Shown: positions 10,703 to 22,772 of the stretch, one piece after another
Numbering within the stretch: position 1 is the first letter of the stretch
How the letters are laid out: each line of letters opens with the position of its first letter
NCBI RefSeq assembly: GCF_963921235.1
Contig: NC_086097.1
Coordinates: 160,210,001-160,274,000 of the forward strand
Origin: Mobula hypostoma
Lineage: Eukaryota
Reading direction: 5' to 3'
DNA length: 64,000 nt
Notes under the pieces: model-generated
The model's input: the letters and a program-made list of their open reading frames with translations, nothing else
What the model was told of the DNA's origin: nothing
Database searches by the model: none
Translations under genes and position numbers: made by a program

Positions 10703-13485
10703 TACAGAGGGCCATTACAGAGACTAGGCTGGCACCAGGGCAGGAATGGATTCTCAATATTCCTGCATTTCAGTGCTTTAAAAGGGTTAGAGAGGACAGA
10801 AAAAGGGGAGGAGGGGTGGCATTACTGGTCAGGGATACTATTACAGCTGCAGAAAGGGTGGGTAATGTAGCAGGATCCTCTTTTGAGTCAATATGGGTGG
10901 AAGTTAGGAACAGGAAGGGAGCAGTTACTCTATTGGGGGTATTCTATAGTCCCCCTGGTAGCAGCAGAGATACAGAGGAGCAGATTGGGAGGCAGATTTT
11001 GGAAAGGTCAAAAATAACAGGGTTGTTATCATGGGTGACTTTAACTTCCCTAATATTCACTGGCACTTGATTAGTTCCAAGGGTTTAGGTGGGGCAGTGT
11101 TTGTTAAGTGTGTCCAGGACGGATTCGTGTCACAGTATGTAGACAGGCCGATGAAGGGGAATACCATACTAGATCTAGTACTAGGTAATGAACCAGGTCA
11201 GGTCACAGATCTCTCAGTGGATGAGCATCTGGGGGACAGTGACCACCGCTCCCTGGCCTTCAGCATTATCATGGAAAAGGATAGATCAGAGAGGACAGGA
11301 AAATTTTTAATTGGGGAAGGGCAAATTATGAGGCTATAAGGCTAGAACTTGTGGGTGTGAATTGGGATGATGTTTTTGCAGGGAAATGTACTATGGACAT
11401 GTTGTCAATATTTAGAGATCTCTTGCAGGATGTAAGGGATAAATTTGTCCCAGTGAGGAAGATAAAGAATGGTAGGGTGAAGGAACCATGGGTGACAAGT
11501 GAGGTGGAAAATCTAGTCAGGTGGAAGAAGGCAGCACATATGAGGTTTAGGAAGCAAGGATCAGATGGGTCTATTGAGGAATATAGGGAATAAAGAAAGG
11601 AGCTTAAGAAGGGGCTGATAAGAGCAAAAAGGGGGCATGAGAAGGCCTTGGCAAGTAGGGTAAAGGAAAACCCCAAGGCATTCTTCAATTACGTGAAGAA
11701 CAAAAGGATGACAGGAGTGAAGGTAGGACCGATTAGAGATAAAGGTGGGAAGATGTGCCTGGAGGCTGTGGAAGTGAGTGAGGTCCTCAATGAATACTTC
11801 TCTTCGGTATTCACCAATGAGAGGGAACTTGATGATGGTGAGGACACTATGAGTGAGGTTGATATTCTGGAGCATGTTGATATTAAGGGAGAGGAGGTGT
11901 TGGAGTTGTTAAAATACATTAGGACGGGTAAGTCCCTGGAACCTGACGGAATATTCCCGAGGTTGCTCCACGAGGAGAGGGAAGAGATTGCGGAGCCTCT
12001 GGCTAGGATCTTTATGTCCTCGTTGTCCACGGGAATGGTACCGGAGGATTGGGGGAGGCGAATGTTGTCCCCTTATTCAAAAAAAGTAGTAGGGATAGTC
12101 CGGGTAATTATAGACCAGTGAGCCTTACTTCTGTGGTGGGAAAGCTGTAGGAAAAGATTCTTAGAGATAGGACCTATGGGCATTTAGAGAATCATGGTCT
12201 GATCAGGGACAGTCAGCATGGCTTTGTGAAGGGCAGATCATGTCTAACAAGCCTGATAGAGTTCTTTGAGGAGGTGACCAGGCAGTTCAGCAGTGCAGTA
12301 GAGGGTAGTGCAGTGGATGTGATCTATATGGATTTTAGTAAGGCATTTGACAAGGTTCCACACGGTAGGATTATTCAGAAAGTTAGAAGGCATGGGATCC
12401 AGGGAAGTTCGGCCAGGTAGATTCAAAATTGGCTTGCCTGCAGAAGGCAGAGGGTCGTGGTGGAGGGAGTACATTCAGATTGGAGGATTGTGACTAGTGG
12501 TGTCCCATAAGGATCTGTTCTGGGACCTCTACTTTTCGTGATTTTTATTAACGACTTGGATGTGGGGGTAGAAGGGTGGGTTGGCAAGTTTGCAGACGCC
12601 ACAAAGGTTGGTGGTGTTGTAGATAGTGTAGAGGATTGTCAAAGATTGCAGAGAGACATTGATAGGTTACAGAAGTGGGCTGAGAAGTGGCAGATGGAGT
12701 TCAACCCAGAGAAGTGTGAGGTGGTACACTTTGGAAGGACAAACTCCAAGGCAGAGTACACAGTCAATGGCAGGATACTTGGCAGTGTGGAGGAGCAGAG
12801 GGATCTGGGGGTACATGTCCACAGATCCCTAAAAGTTGCCTCACAGGTGGATAGGGTAGTTAGAAAGCTTGTGGGGTGTTAGCTTTCATAAGTCGAGGGA
12901 CAGAGTTTAAGAGTCATGATGTAATGATGCAGCTCTATAAAACTCTGGTTAGGCCACACTTGGAGTACTGTGTCCAGTTCTGGTCACCTCACTATAGGAA
13001 GGATGTGGAAGCATTGGAAAGGGTACAGAGGAGATTTACCAGGATGCTGCCTGGTTTAGAGAGTATGCATTATGATCAGAGATTAAGGGAGCTAGGGCTT
13101 TACCCTTTGGAGAGAAGGAGGATGAAAGGAGACATGATAGAGGTGTTCAAGTAATAAGAGGAATAGATAGAGTGGATAGCCAGCGCCTCTTCCCCAGGGC
13201 ACCACTGCTCAATACAAGAGGACACGGCTTTAAGGTAAGGGGTGGGAAGTTCAAGGGGAATATTAGAGGAAGGTTTTTTACTCAAAGAGTGGTTGGTGCG
13301 TGAAATGCACTGCCTGAGTCAGTGGTGGAGGCAGATACACTAGTGAAATTTAAGAGATTACTAGACAGGTATATGGAGGAATTTAAGGTGGGGGGTTATA
13401 TGGGAGGCACGGTTTGAGAGTCGGCACAACATTGTGGGCCGAAGGGCCTGTACTGTGCTGTACTATTCTATGTTCTATGTTCTAT
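10703..13485 (+). mobile_element. CR1 LINE (subfamily A), 5'-truncated within APE, ORF2 disrupted
   Basis: GDFNFP, LDLVLGNE, GDSDH, DFSKAFDKVPH, KFADA, LEYCVQFWSP; (TTCTATG)n tail at about 13465-13485. Confidence 0.93.
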
Positions 13486-13679
13486 ATATCGAGATATTAA
13501 ATAGTTAAATTAATTTTAACTTTCTTCCAGACACCATGTACACTGGCTGCATCATTAGGGTCATTGAGTCGGAGGATAATACAGCATATAAATAGCCTTT
13601 GGCTCGAGTCATCAATACTGATGAAGATGCCCATTCAAGCTAATTCCATTTCCTCTCATTTTGATTCATACCCCTCTGT

Positions 13680-14487
13680 ATGAGAGGGAATCTTATGGAA
13701 ATTGTCATGGTACACTTAGAGGACTGAACCCAGGTACAGAGGAATGGTAGGAGCCCCAGAAAGAGACAGAAGCAAAAGATTAAATGTTGGAATCAGAGTG
13801 TCAATGAGCAACTGAGCTATACCACAAAGTAATTCATTCTCTCTGACACAATAACCACAGTAACCACACTAAGGCACCAACTGAGAGTCCTCTTTAAATA
13901 ATCATAGACTGTGGGAAACTCGTGACAACTACAATTAACTTGACAAGGTCACACTGAAAACACAAGGGCTTAACAACTCTAGTTAAGATAACGATCAGTA
14001 ACTGCAAGTGCTCAGAGCCCCAAGAAGCTCAATGCTCTATGGCAAACCACAGGGATCATCACAAGAACATCTAATTATGAAAGGGGTAAATAAATTCCTT
14101 TGAGATAAATAAAGTTTCATCTTATTTTATCTTGTCTTATAAGGTAGAAGTAGGAAAGTTGTTTCCACTGTTCCGTGAAACTAGAACTGGGGGATATAGC
14201 CACAATGTTTAGGGGAATAGATTAAGGTTGGAGATAAGGAGAAACTGCTTTTCCCTGAGGGTGATGAATCTGTGGAATTCTCTGCGCAGCAAAGCAGTAG
14301 AAGCTATTTTGTTAAATATATTTAAGACTCAGATATATTTTTGCATAGCATGGAAATTAAGCTTTATTGACAAAAGACAGGTAGGTGGAGCAGAGTCCAT
14401 GGCCAGCTCAGCGATGATTTTATTTAATGGCATACCTGGCTTGACAGGCCAGATGGCCTATTTCTACTTCCCTTTCTTATGTTCTTA
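13680..14487 (+). mobile_element. CR1 3' fragment carrying two further insertions
   Basis: RGNL...; ORF 14228 FSLRVMNLWNSL; ttcttatgttctt tail. Confidence 0.7.
13703..14063. mobile_element. Putative solo LTR (about 361 bp)
   Basis: Starts TGTCATG and ends CATCACA (6/7 inverted match); interrupts contiguous CR1 coding sequence; TSD not clean. Confidence 0.5.
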
Positions 14488-15714
14488 AACCTTTCCTATC
14501 TATGTACTTATCCAAGTGTATTTTAAATATTATAATTGGACTCACTTTCTCTGGCAGCTCATTCCATGTACGTATCACTCTCTGCGTCAAAAAGTTGCTC
14601 AAGAGATCTCTTTGAAAACTTTCCCCTCTCAGCTCAAACCTATTCCATTTAGTTTCTGATTCCCTTGTGTGCGCTCTATACCCCTCATGAAGGCATACAC
14701 CTCCATAAGGCCATTCCTCAGCAATCTAGAATAAAAGATTAAAGTTCTACCCTGATCAACTTCTTCCTATAACTCAGGCCCTTAAGCCTTGGCAACAGTC
14801 TCTTTCCAAATTAATGATGTATTTCCTGTAACCAGATAACCAAAGTGAGCACAACAGTCCAGGTGTGGCCTCACTAAAATCTTGTACAACTGCAACACAA
14901 TATCTCAACTCCTAAACTCGATACCTTGACTGACAAAGACGAGACTACCAAAAGACTTTGTCATCGTCTAAAACTGGGCTGGATCCCCAGCACAGTCAAT
15001 GAATGGGCAGTTGGTGAAAGGGACATTAACTGTACTCTTTTCCTTGAGGGACCAGAGAGATACCATTGTTCACCCAAGCCTGTGACTTGCTGCATTCAGT
15101 AGTACCCATCTGCTTTCGGTGATTGGGTTTCTAAAATGATGTGATAGCTTCTCAAAAGGATAAAATTGTAGCAGAAGATGGATGAAACCATTGAAACATC
15201 TCTTTTCAAGGCAATGAGGTGAATATGACTCAGAAAGATTAGAAGGTTGATTTTCATATGTTATCTTCCTGTATGCTTGAAGGATTGTGGACTTGAGTTG
15301 AATATTTAAAATGGAAAATAACTTCATAGTCCACCCAGGACCTGCATAATCATCATCTTTATAATGAGATGAGTAACCTATTATTGATGGGTTAGTTATC
15401 TCAATGAAGCCATCTGCCTCAAGTTTTAATAATTATTAGTGTCTATGGGTTTTCCAGGACATTAGACATCTAAACTGAACATGTTAATTGGTTCTAAGTC
15501 AAAGGGACACAGTGGTGGACTGGAGGGATCTTCCATTACTGGAATGCACTCCAATAGCAGAGAAGACAAGCTTGTTGGACTTAGGAAAATGCTTGTGCTC
15601 AAATAGAGAGATGTACTCCTATTTATCCTAGCACACCAGCAGTGCTGGAAAGGCATTTCTCTTTAGATAGTTACCTTCATCTTCTTTCAGCCCTGCTGCA
15701 GAAGCAGATCCTCT

Positions 15715-16100
15715 CACCAGCATGCTCTATACTTACTTTTTGAGCTGAGTGGCTAGGCACAACTCAAATGCCATCGATAAATTTGCAGATGATGCAACCA
15801 TTGTTGGCAGAATTGCAAATGGTGATAAGAGGACGTACAGGAATGAGATATACCAACTATTTGAGCGTTGTCACAGCAACAACCTTGCACTCCTGTATAT
15901 GGTGTCATTAATGTACATGCAATCAATCTCTATATATATATATATTTAAGCTTTTTATTGTTTTTATATTTATTGTAATTTTAATTATTGTGTTCTTTTT
16001 CTTATTGAGCTTATTTGTGCTGCATTGAATCTGGAGTAACAATAATTTTGTACCCCTTCACACTTAAGGACTGGAAATGACATTAACCAATTTTCAATTC
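15715..16100 (+). mobile_element. Rex1/Babar RT fragment joined to a 3'UTR
   Basis: ORF 15749 NAIDKFADDATIVGRI...NNLAL. Confidence 0.75.
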
Positions 16101-17091
16101 ATGCTGATCCATTGCATTAGTACTATCAATGTACAGTACCAGAAGCACCAAAGAGTTTAACCTTCCTCCAGGACGAAACATGAGAAAAGTTCCTTATTGC
16201 AAACAAAATCTCTAATTTGCTGTGTTATTTATGTGTTTATTTATGTATTCAAGTTCCTCTGGGTGAGGGATGTTAGTTCTGAAAACTGGAACAAAATCCT
16301 ACTTTACATCTAATGGCAACATCAATCATTATTAAGTTACACATAGTCTGGAGCAAATGAAATGAGAGGTCTCTCAACACTACCATTGAAGACATATGAA
16401 TCCCCAAGTTCCATGAAGTGACAATTTATCTACCAGGATTTTTTAGTAGCTGTGAACCTTTTGAAGTGGAAGAGCCATGCATTTAGGACAATTGGATGGT
16501 ATTTAAAGGCAGATTTGAAGCACAACCATATTCCTATTTCAATAACTCCTTTCATTTAAGACTTACTTTGGTACTCAGCAATCAAAGATGAGACATTAAT
16601 CATTCAAAATGATTATCAACTTAAATTGTTAGGATAAAGTATACTGCTACTTATTGTTCTGACATGACATTTTAATGCAAATGAATGCTGAATGTACGCA
16701 CATAGATAAAGTATATTGCTATTTTAATTTAAAATAAGACTCTGAGTTCTTGGCAACAGTTTGGCCACACCTAGGATGCACTATTTCAAAACTAAATTAA
16801 GACATGAAAATAGCACAAAACAATGGGGTACAAGTTCTTTCTGAGCTGTCTGCTGTGACCTCCACCCAACATTTAACTACACTGACTATAAGACATTCAT
16901 ATAAACCAATCGACATGTTGTTGTTTATTACTATCTAAGGCTAATTTGTCCTATATTATCTCGTAGGGCAGCAATGTGTTCAATAATTTTTTTGTGGCAA
17001 TTGAGTTTCCAACAGAATTCGGACTATTATGCATGCATATTTTAATCACTCTGACACTGATGTTTTATGATAGTGGTAAAGGTAAAAAACA

Positions 17092-17465
17092 AAACAGTCG
17101 CTTCAGGCAGACGGGGCTCATCAGCTGTGATCGGCAGCTCATCTAGGAGAAGGAAAACTCTGATCTCAATCCCCCGCTGCCCTGTGGCTATACCCACTCA
17201 TGGGGAAGGCTTCAGGAGTAAACCCTGAAGGGAAAAAAATGGAGCTGGAATCCTAAGGCACTCCTACATTTAGTTCAATGCTGACTGGCAACTGCTGTGA
17301 CGCTGCTGGTACCAAACTGTATCTGTCTCTGCCGTTCCTTTGGGTTCACCAGATGTGTGGAGAAGGAGAGCTTGCCACATGGGCAACAGCTTGGTCTCAA
17401 TATCGTACTGCCTAGGCTTGTATATCTAGGCATCTTGGATGCAATATCCGTGGTCAACCCTGGCC
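17092..17465 (+). mobile_element. RTE-related non-autonomous element or 5'UTR fragment
   Basis: ggcagctcatctaggagaaggaaaactctgat...ggaaggcttcaggagtaaaccc resembles, from recall, RTE-clade 5' regions; GC-richer than its flanks. Confidence 0.45.
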
Positions 17466-17694
17466 TCAGACTCAGAAAGGTAAAAAAAAAGTCAGATATC
17501 CAAAATGTTGCAAGAATATAAACCTTTAATTCTTGTCCAAGCCTTAAAGAAGCACATTGATCTCCTTGATCTTCCCACCTTAAACTGCCCACTGTGCACT
17601 CACATAAGGCAAATGAATGTTAATAACCCTTACTTTTTAGTTCAGTACACGAGCTCTCAAATTGTATTGATGTTGTTGATGTTTACTTGCATGA

Positions 17695-18185
17695 AACCTT
17701 AAGATATAGGAGAAGAATTAGGCCATCAGGCCCATCAAGTCTACTCCACCATTGAAACTTGGCTGGTTATATTTTTCCAACCCCTCTCTCCTCGCACCTC
17801 CCCATAACCCTTAACACCCTTACCAATCAAGAACCTATCAATTTTTGCCTTAAATGCATCTGATGACTTGGCCTTAACAACCTATGTGACACCAAATTCC
17901 ACAGATTCACCACCCTCTATCTGAAGAAATTCCTCCTCATCTCAGTTCTAAAGGAGGCTATGCTCTCAAATCTAAGAATCTTATATTAAGGGAAACATTC
18001 TCTCCATATCTACTCAATTTAGGCCTTTTAATCTTCAGTAGGTGTCAATGAAATCACCTCTCATTCTTCTAAACTCCACTGAGTGCAGGCCCAAAGCCAT
18101 CAAACTTTTCGCAAACATTAAGCCTGTCATTTCAGGAATTATTTTTATATACTTCTGGACTGCCTCCAAGGTTAACACATCTGTC
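17695..18185 (-). mobile_element. CR1 3' fragment
   Basis: Minus ORF LGLHSVEFRRMRGDFI; tail end taagatataggag. Confidence 0.75.
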
Positions 18186-19759
18186 ACTCTAGCCTTTGAC
18201 TGTTTTTCTTTCCTTTCTTTCAAGTAGTGTCATCCAACCCATCTATTTTGTTAGCACATGGGAGATAGTTGTCCCAGTTCTAACTGCAATTCAGCCCGCA
18301 GTGATATCCTTGCAGTGAAATCCTGACAAATACTCCTATCCTGTTCTTCATAATCAACCGGCCTTTTGACCACTTGGGTAGTCCCTCAATCAACTATGTT
18401 CTACAGTTTTGCTTAGGTCTTTACGCTTCCAAATAGACAATATTATTCATTTGGTAATAATGCAGGAGTGGGGTATTCATTAGTATTGTCAGTAACTCAG
18501 ATCTTGACAACTCTAACATTTAAGGATAATTGCTACATTTCATAAATGGAAACCATTTGGCACATTTTACCTTTTACAAGTTCAAGGTAATCAATCCTGC
18601 TGCACTTCTCTTTTGCATCATGCTATTTTATCTTGAAATCAAAGCTACCAAGCAATGTTAGTGAAAAGTGAGCAAAGACTGAAGTAACAGTAAATTCACT
18701 GAAGAGACAAAATAACTAGTGTTCTGATTAATCCCTGAAATAAAAGGCCTAATGTTTGAGAAGTGTTTGATGGCTCTGGGCCTGCACTCAGTGGAGTTCA
18801 GAATAATGAGAGGTGATCTCATTCACACCTACCAAAGATTGAAAGGTCTAAATTGAGTACATTTAACATGCCAGTCATTATGAAGCAGAACAACCTTTTA
18901 TTTATTAGTCCTAATTTACCAGTGGTAATTCAGAAGGATGTATTTGATGGAGATTTAGAAAGTTCTTAACTACAAGACACTTGGAACTACCATTATGCCT
19001 GTCATTTCATGGTGCTACACAGTCACTTGGCTCACAAGGAACTGCCTGAACTTGGGCCATTCCATTTTCATTTTCACCCAAACTTTGACAAACTTTATTT
19101 TGCAGTTTTAGGTATAAATATGCATAGAGAGAGATAGAAAATTATTTTTAAAATAAAATATTTATGTTAGTAGATATCAATGTTTTATTTATTCAAATAT
19201 TGTGACAAGAGCAGTGCACAGCCACAGAAATACATTATTAATCTTTACTTTATTATTCAGTAGTACTTCTTCTCATTCCAGCAAAACAAATAAAACCTTA
19301 ACCTTCAGGGCAATCAACAAGGTTAATTCACCACAATAGATGTTACATCAAAGCACTTTTTTATCATTCAAAGTGTGGGGTCTCTAAACATTTCCTGCCT
19401 TCTGCACAGTTCAAGGGAAAAATCAGGTAATAAAAGTAAAACAGAGATTTTAAATAGTTATGGAGTGATTTTGTATGGATTGATAGATGTTTTTATTTTT
19501 TGTTGTATTTGGATTCATTCAATTGATGCAAATAGAAAACTAGCAGGTACGTTAAACTGCAGATGCCTTTTAACAGGAAAAGTTAATGACAAGACTTTGT
19601 AAGCACTGCATACTTCCCTTATACTGGAGTTGCCTTGAGCAAAGGCATATATTATTTATGAAATTCACCACTATTTGCAATGCATCAGCCTTTAGTCAAA
19701 TAAGAAAAAAGTTTGAAAATCAAGACCTCAAACCTGGCATAAAATTCATGATCTACTTA

Positions 19760-20190
19760 TCAACAGTGATTCCTGCTCTCCCAAACTTCATGGAGTGTTT
19801 ACAGGAGGGATTTCAGGGTACCTGAAAATACCACCAACACCATCTCCAGAATAACTTCCAAATACTTGGTGGAAGGGCATTCATACCAAAATCAGTGAAT
19901 TGTCCCAGACCAATATCCTCAGTCTTGAGGTCTGTTTACATCTCGTCTGATGTGTCGAGCAATGCACACCATTTGCAAGACTGACACCATATTCCATTTC
20001 GATATTATGTGAGGGAATTACCAGGCAGTAGAAATAACCAGAGATGGGCAAATTGCCTCCATAAAGAAATGCAACATCCTCACTGACTCAAGTCATCAAG
20101 ATCCCAGGAGAATGCCTAAGAAGAATTAAGCAGTTACTGTTCATCTACAGTTCTCAGCATCCTCCCACTTTATTCCATGCCACGTTTGCT
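19760..20190 (+). mobile_element. Degraded RTE-clade LINE 3' coding fragment
   Basis: Remnants resembling KYHQ..L..ILQI...SQTNILSLE, typical of RTE C-terminal regions. Confidence 0.4.
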
Positions 20191-22034
20191 TATCTTAACT
20201 GATTAGCAAAGAGTCGTCTTGCTAATATTCCACCTGCATGTGTCCTGCCTACATATCTTCCTGCAGCCCACCATTACCTTACTGACTACAAGTGACATAA
20301 ATGTCACCTGTGGACTGCTTCTTCTGATGTAAGTTATATTCGGAGCAACATTTCTGGATAACAAGAAAATTATGAAGGAGTAGAGCCATGTTCCCACAGA
20401 GAGTGAATGTGGTTGTTAAAGTTTTCACAAGCTGCCTGACTAAGTATTTGAAAGTGGGGAGCTACACAAAATGACAGGGCCCAGAAAATTGAAAACCTTG
20501 ATCTCAATTAGCATCAATCACAGTTTTGGAAAGAAAACTGAGCCTGTGCTTTGCGCCCTCTTTCTCTGAAAGTCATGCAGCAGATGGATTTGGAAGTACA
20601 CTTTCCTCAATGGTGGGTAAGCATAAATGGAGTTGGACAATCAAAGTCAGAGCTGAGTAAAAGAAGTAATCTTTTAATCAGGATGACAATCAAGATTTTA
20701 AAGCAGGGTTTCGTGACCAATCAACAAAAGGGATTCATTAGAAAGGGGGAAATACAAGTTACACGGGTGCAAGCAAAACGGCCATTCTTGTGTGTGAGCC
20801 ACTGTTTAGAGTGGATTTGACTCATCAGACTTGGGTGAGGTAACGTATTTTGTGAGTTACTGTCTCTCTCTCTCCCTCTGCTATTTGTTCATTCCTCATC
20901 TGTTAGGGCACAATAGTTTAGTGAGAATGGCTCTAGGGGAGTTTTGTGTACTCTGTGTGCAATGTGAGAAGTTTGGGAGACCTCCAGTCACCCACACCAG
21001 GTGCACTGAATTGCATCTCCTGACAGAACATATCAAGGAACTGGAGCTGCAGTTTAATGACCTTCGACTCATACAGGAGAATGAGGAGGTGACAGACAGG
21101 AGCTACAGGGAGGTGGTCACCCCTAGATTAAAGGAGACAAGTAACTCGATGGCTGTCAGGAGAAGGAGGGGAAATGCACAGCCAGTGCAGAGTACACATG
21201 TGGTCGTTCTCCTCAGTAATAAGTATACTACTTTAGATACTATTAAGAGAGTCAACCTACCAGGGGGAGTCACTGTGATAGGGTCCCTGGCTCAGAAAAG
21301 CAAAGAGGTGAAGAGGACTGCAGTGTTACTAGAGGGTTCCTTAGTCAGAGGTTCTGTGGGTGCAATAGAGATACCCAGATGGTATGTTGCCTCCCTGGTG
21401 CCTGGATCAGGGATGTCTTGAACTGGGCCCATGGCATTCTCAAAGATAAGGGCGAACAGTCTGAAGTCTTGGTACATATTGGCACCAATGAAATAAGTAG
21501 AAAAGGTGAGGAGATCCTGAAGAGCGATTTTAAGGAGCTGGGTAGAAAGTTGAGAAACAGGACCACCAGGGTTGCTTGTGAGGATAAGAATAGAATGACT
21601 TGGGAAGTGAATGTGTGGCTGAAGAACTGGTGCAAGGGGGCAGGGGTTTTTTATTTATGGATTATTGGGATCTCTTCTGGGGAAGGTACGACCTCTTAAA
21701 AAAAAGGATGGGTGGAAGACACTGCCGGTTTGGTGGAAGTTTCATGTGTCAGGGAAAATGAGGTGTGTGAATTTACCATTATTGGAGGGAAGGTTCTTAG
21801 GAAACTGAAAGGTCTGAAGGTACATAAGCCACCTGGACCCGATGGTGTACACCTCAGAGTTCTGAATAAGGTGGCTGAAGAGAACGTAGAGACATTAGTA
21901 ATGATCTTTCAAGAACGAGTAGATTCTCGCATGGTTTCTAGATGACAGCAAATTTGCAAAATTTACTCCATTCTTCAACACTGGAGAGAGTCAGAAGGAA
22001 GGAAATTATAAGCCAGTTAGTCTGACCTCAGTGG

Positions 22035-22182
22035 TCACAACACGCTGGAGGAACTCAGCAGGTCAGGCAGCATCCGTGGAAACGTCGACTCATCGTTTCC
22101 ACGGATGCTGCCCGACCTGCTGAGTTCCTCCAGCGTGTTGTGAGTGTTGCTTTGATCCCAGCATCTGCAGATTATTTTATTT
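22035..22182 (+). repeat. Penelope-terminus-derived palindromic insertion with a 14-bp flanking duplication
   Basis: 50-bp arms 22035-22084 and 22094-22143 (one mismatch); tgacctcagtggtc at 22023-22036 and 22183-22196; arm sequence resembles the Penelope 3' end at 37512-37600. Confidence 0.85.
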
Positions 22183-22709
22183 TGACCTCAGTGGTCGTTG
22201 GGAAGATATTGGAGTTGATTGTTAAGGATATGGTTTCAGGGTACTTGGATGCATTCAATAAAAAAGGCCATAGTCATCATGGTTTTCTCAGGGGAAAAAT
22301 TTGTTTAACAAATCGGTTGGAATTCTTTGAAGAAATAACAAGGAGGATAGACAAAAGAGAATCCGTTGACGCTGTGTACTTGGATTGTCAGAAGACCTTT
22401 GACAGGGTGCCATACATGAAGCTGCTTAACAATCTACAATCCTATGGTATTGCAGGAAGGATTCTAGCATGGATAAAGTAGTGGCTGATTGACAGGATTC
22501 AAACAGTGGGAATAAAGGGAACCTTTTTTGGTTGATTGCCGGTGACTAGCGGTGTTCCACAGGGGTCTATGTTGGGACCGATTCTTTTTACATTGTATGT
22601 CAATGATTTGGATGATGGAATTGATGCCCTTGTGGCAAAGTTTGGAGATGATACAAAAATAGGTGGAGGAGCAGGTAGTTTTGAGGAAGTAGAAAGGCTG
22701 CAGAAGTGC

Positions 22710-22772
22710 TTAGAAACATAGAAACATAGAAAAAACTATAGCACAATACAGGCCCTTTGACCCACAATGCTT
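22710..22772 (-). mobile_element. Very short CR1 3' tail insertion
   Basis: (agaaacat)n tail followed by agcacaatacaggccctt, as at 62442. Confidence 0.65.

Larger units (their letters stand above)
13570..14965 (-). mobile_element. Old CR1 3' fragment (minus), interrupted by 13680-14487
   Basis: catacccctct at about 13678 continues as aaacctttcctatc at about 14488, as in other minus-strand CR1 ends in this window. Confidence 0.6.

Noticed and set aside
15365..15403. 17-bp imperfect hairpin (tgagatgagtaacctat / atgggttagttatctca)
   Set aside because: Too short for a pre-miRNA and no recognisable family; compatible with chance
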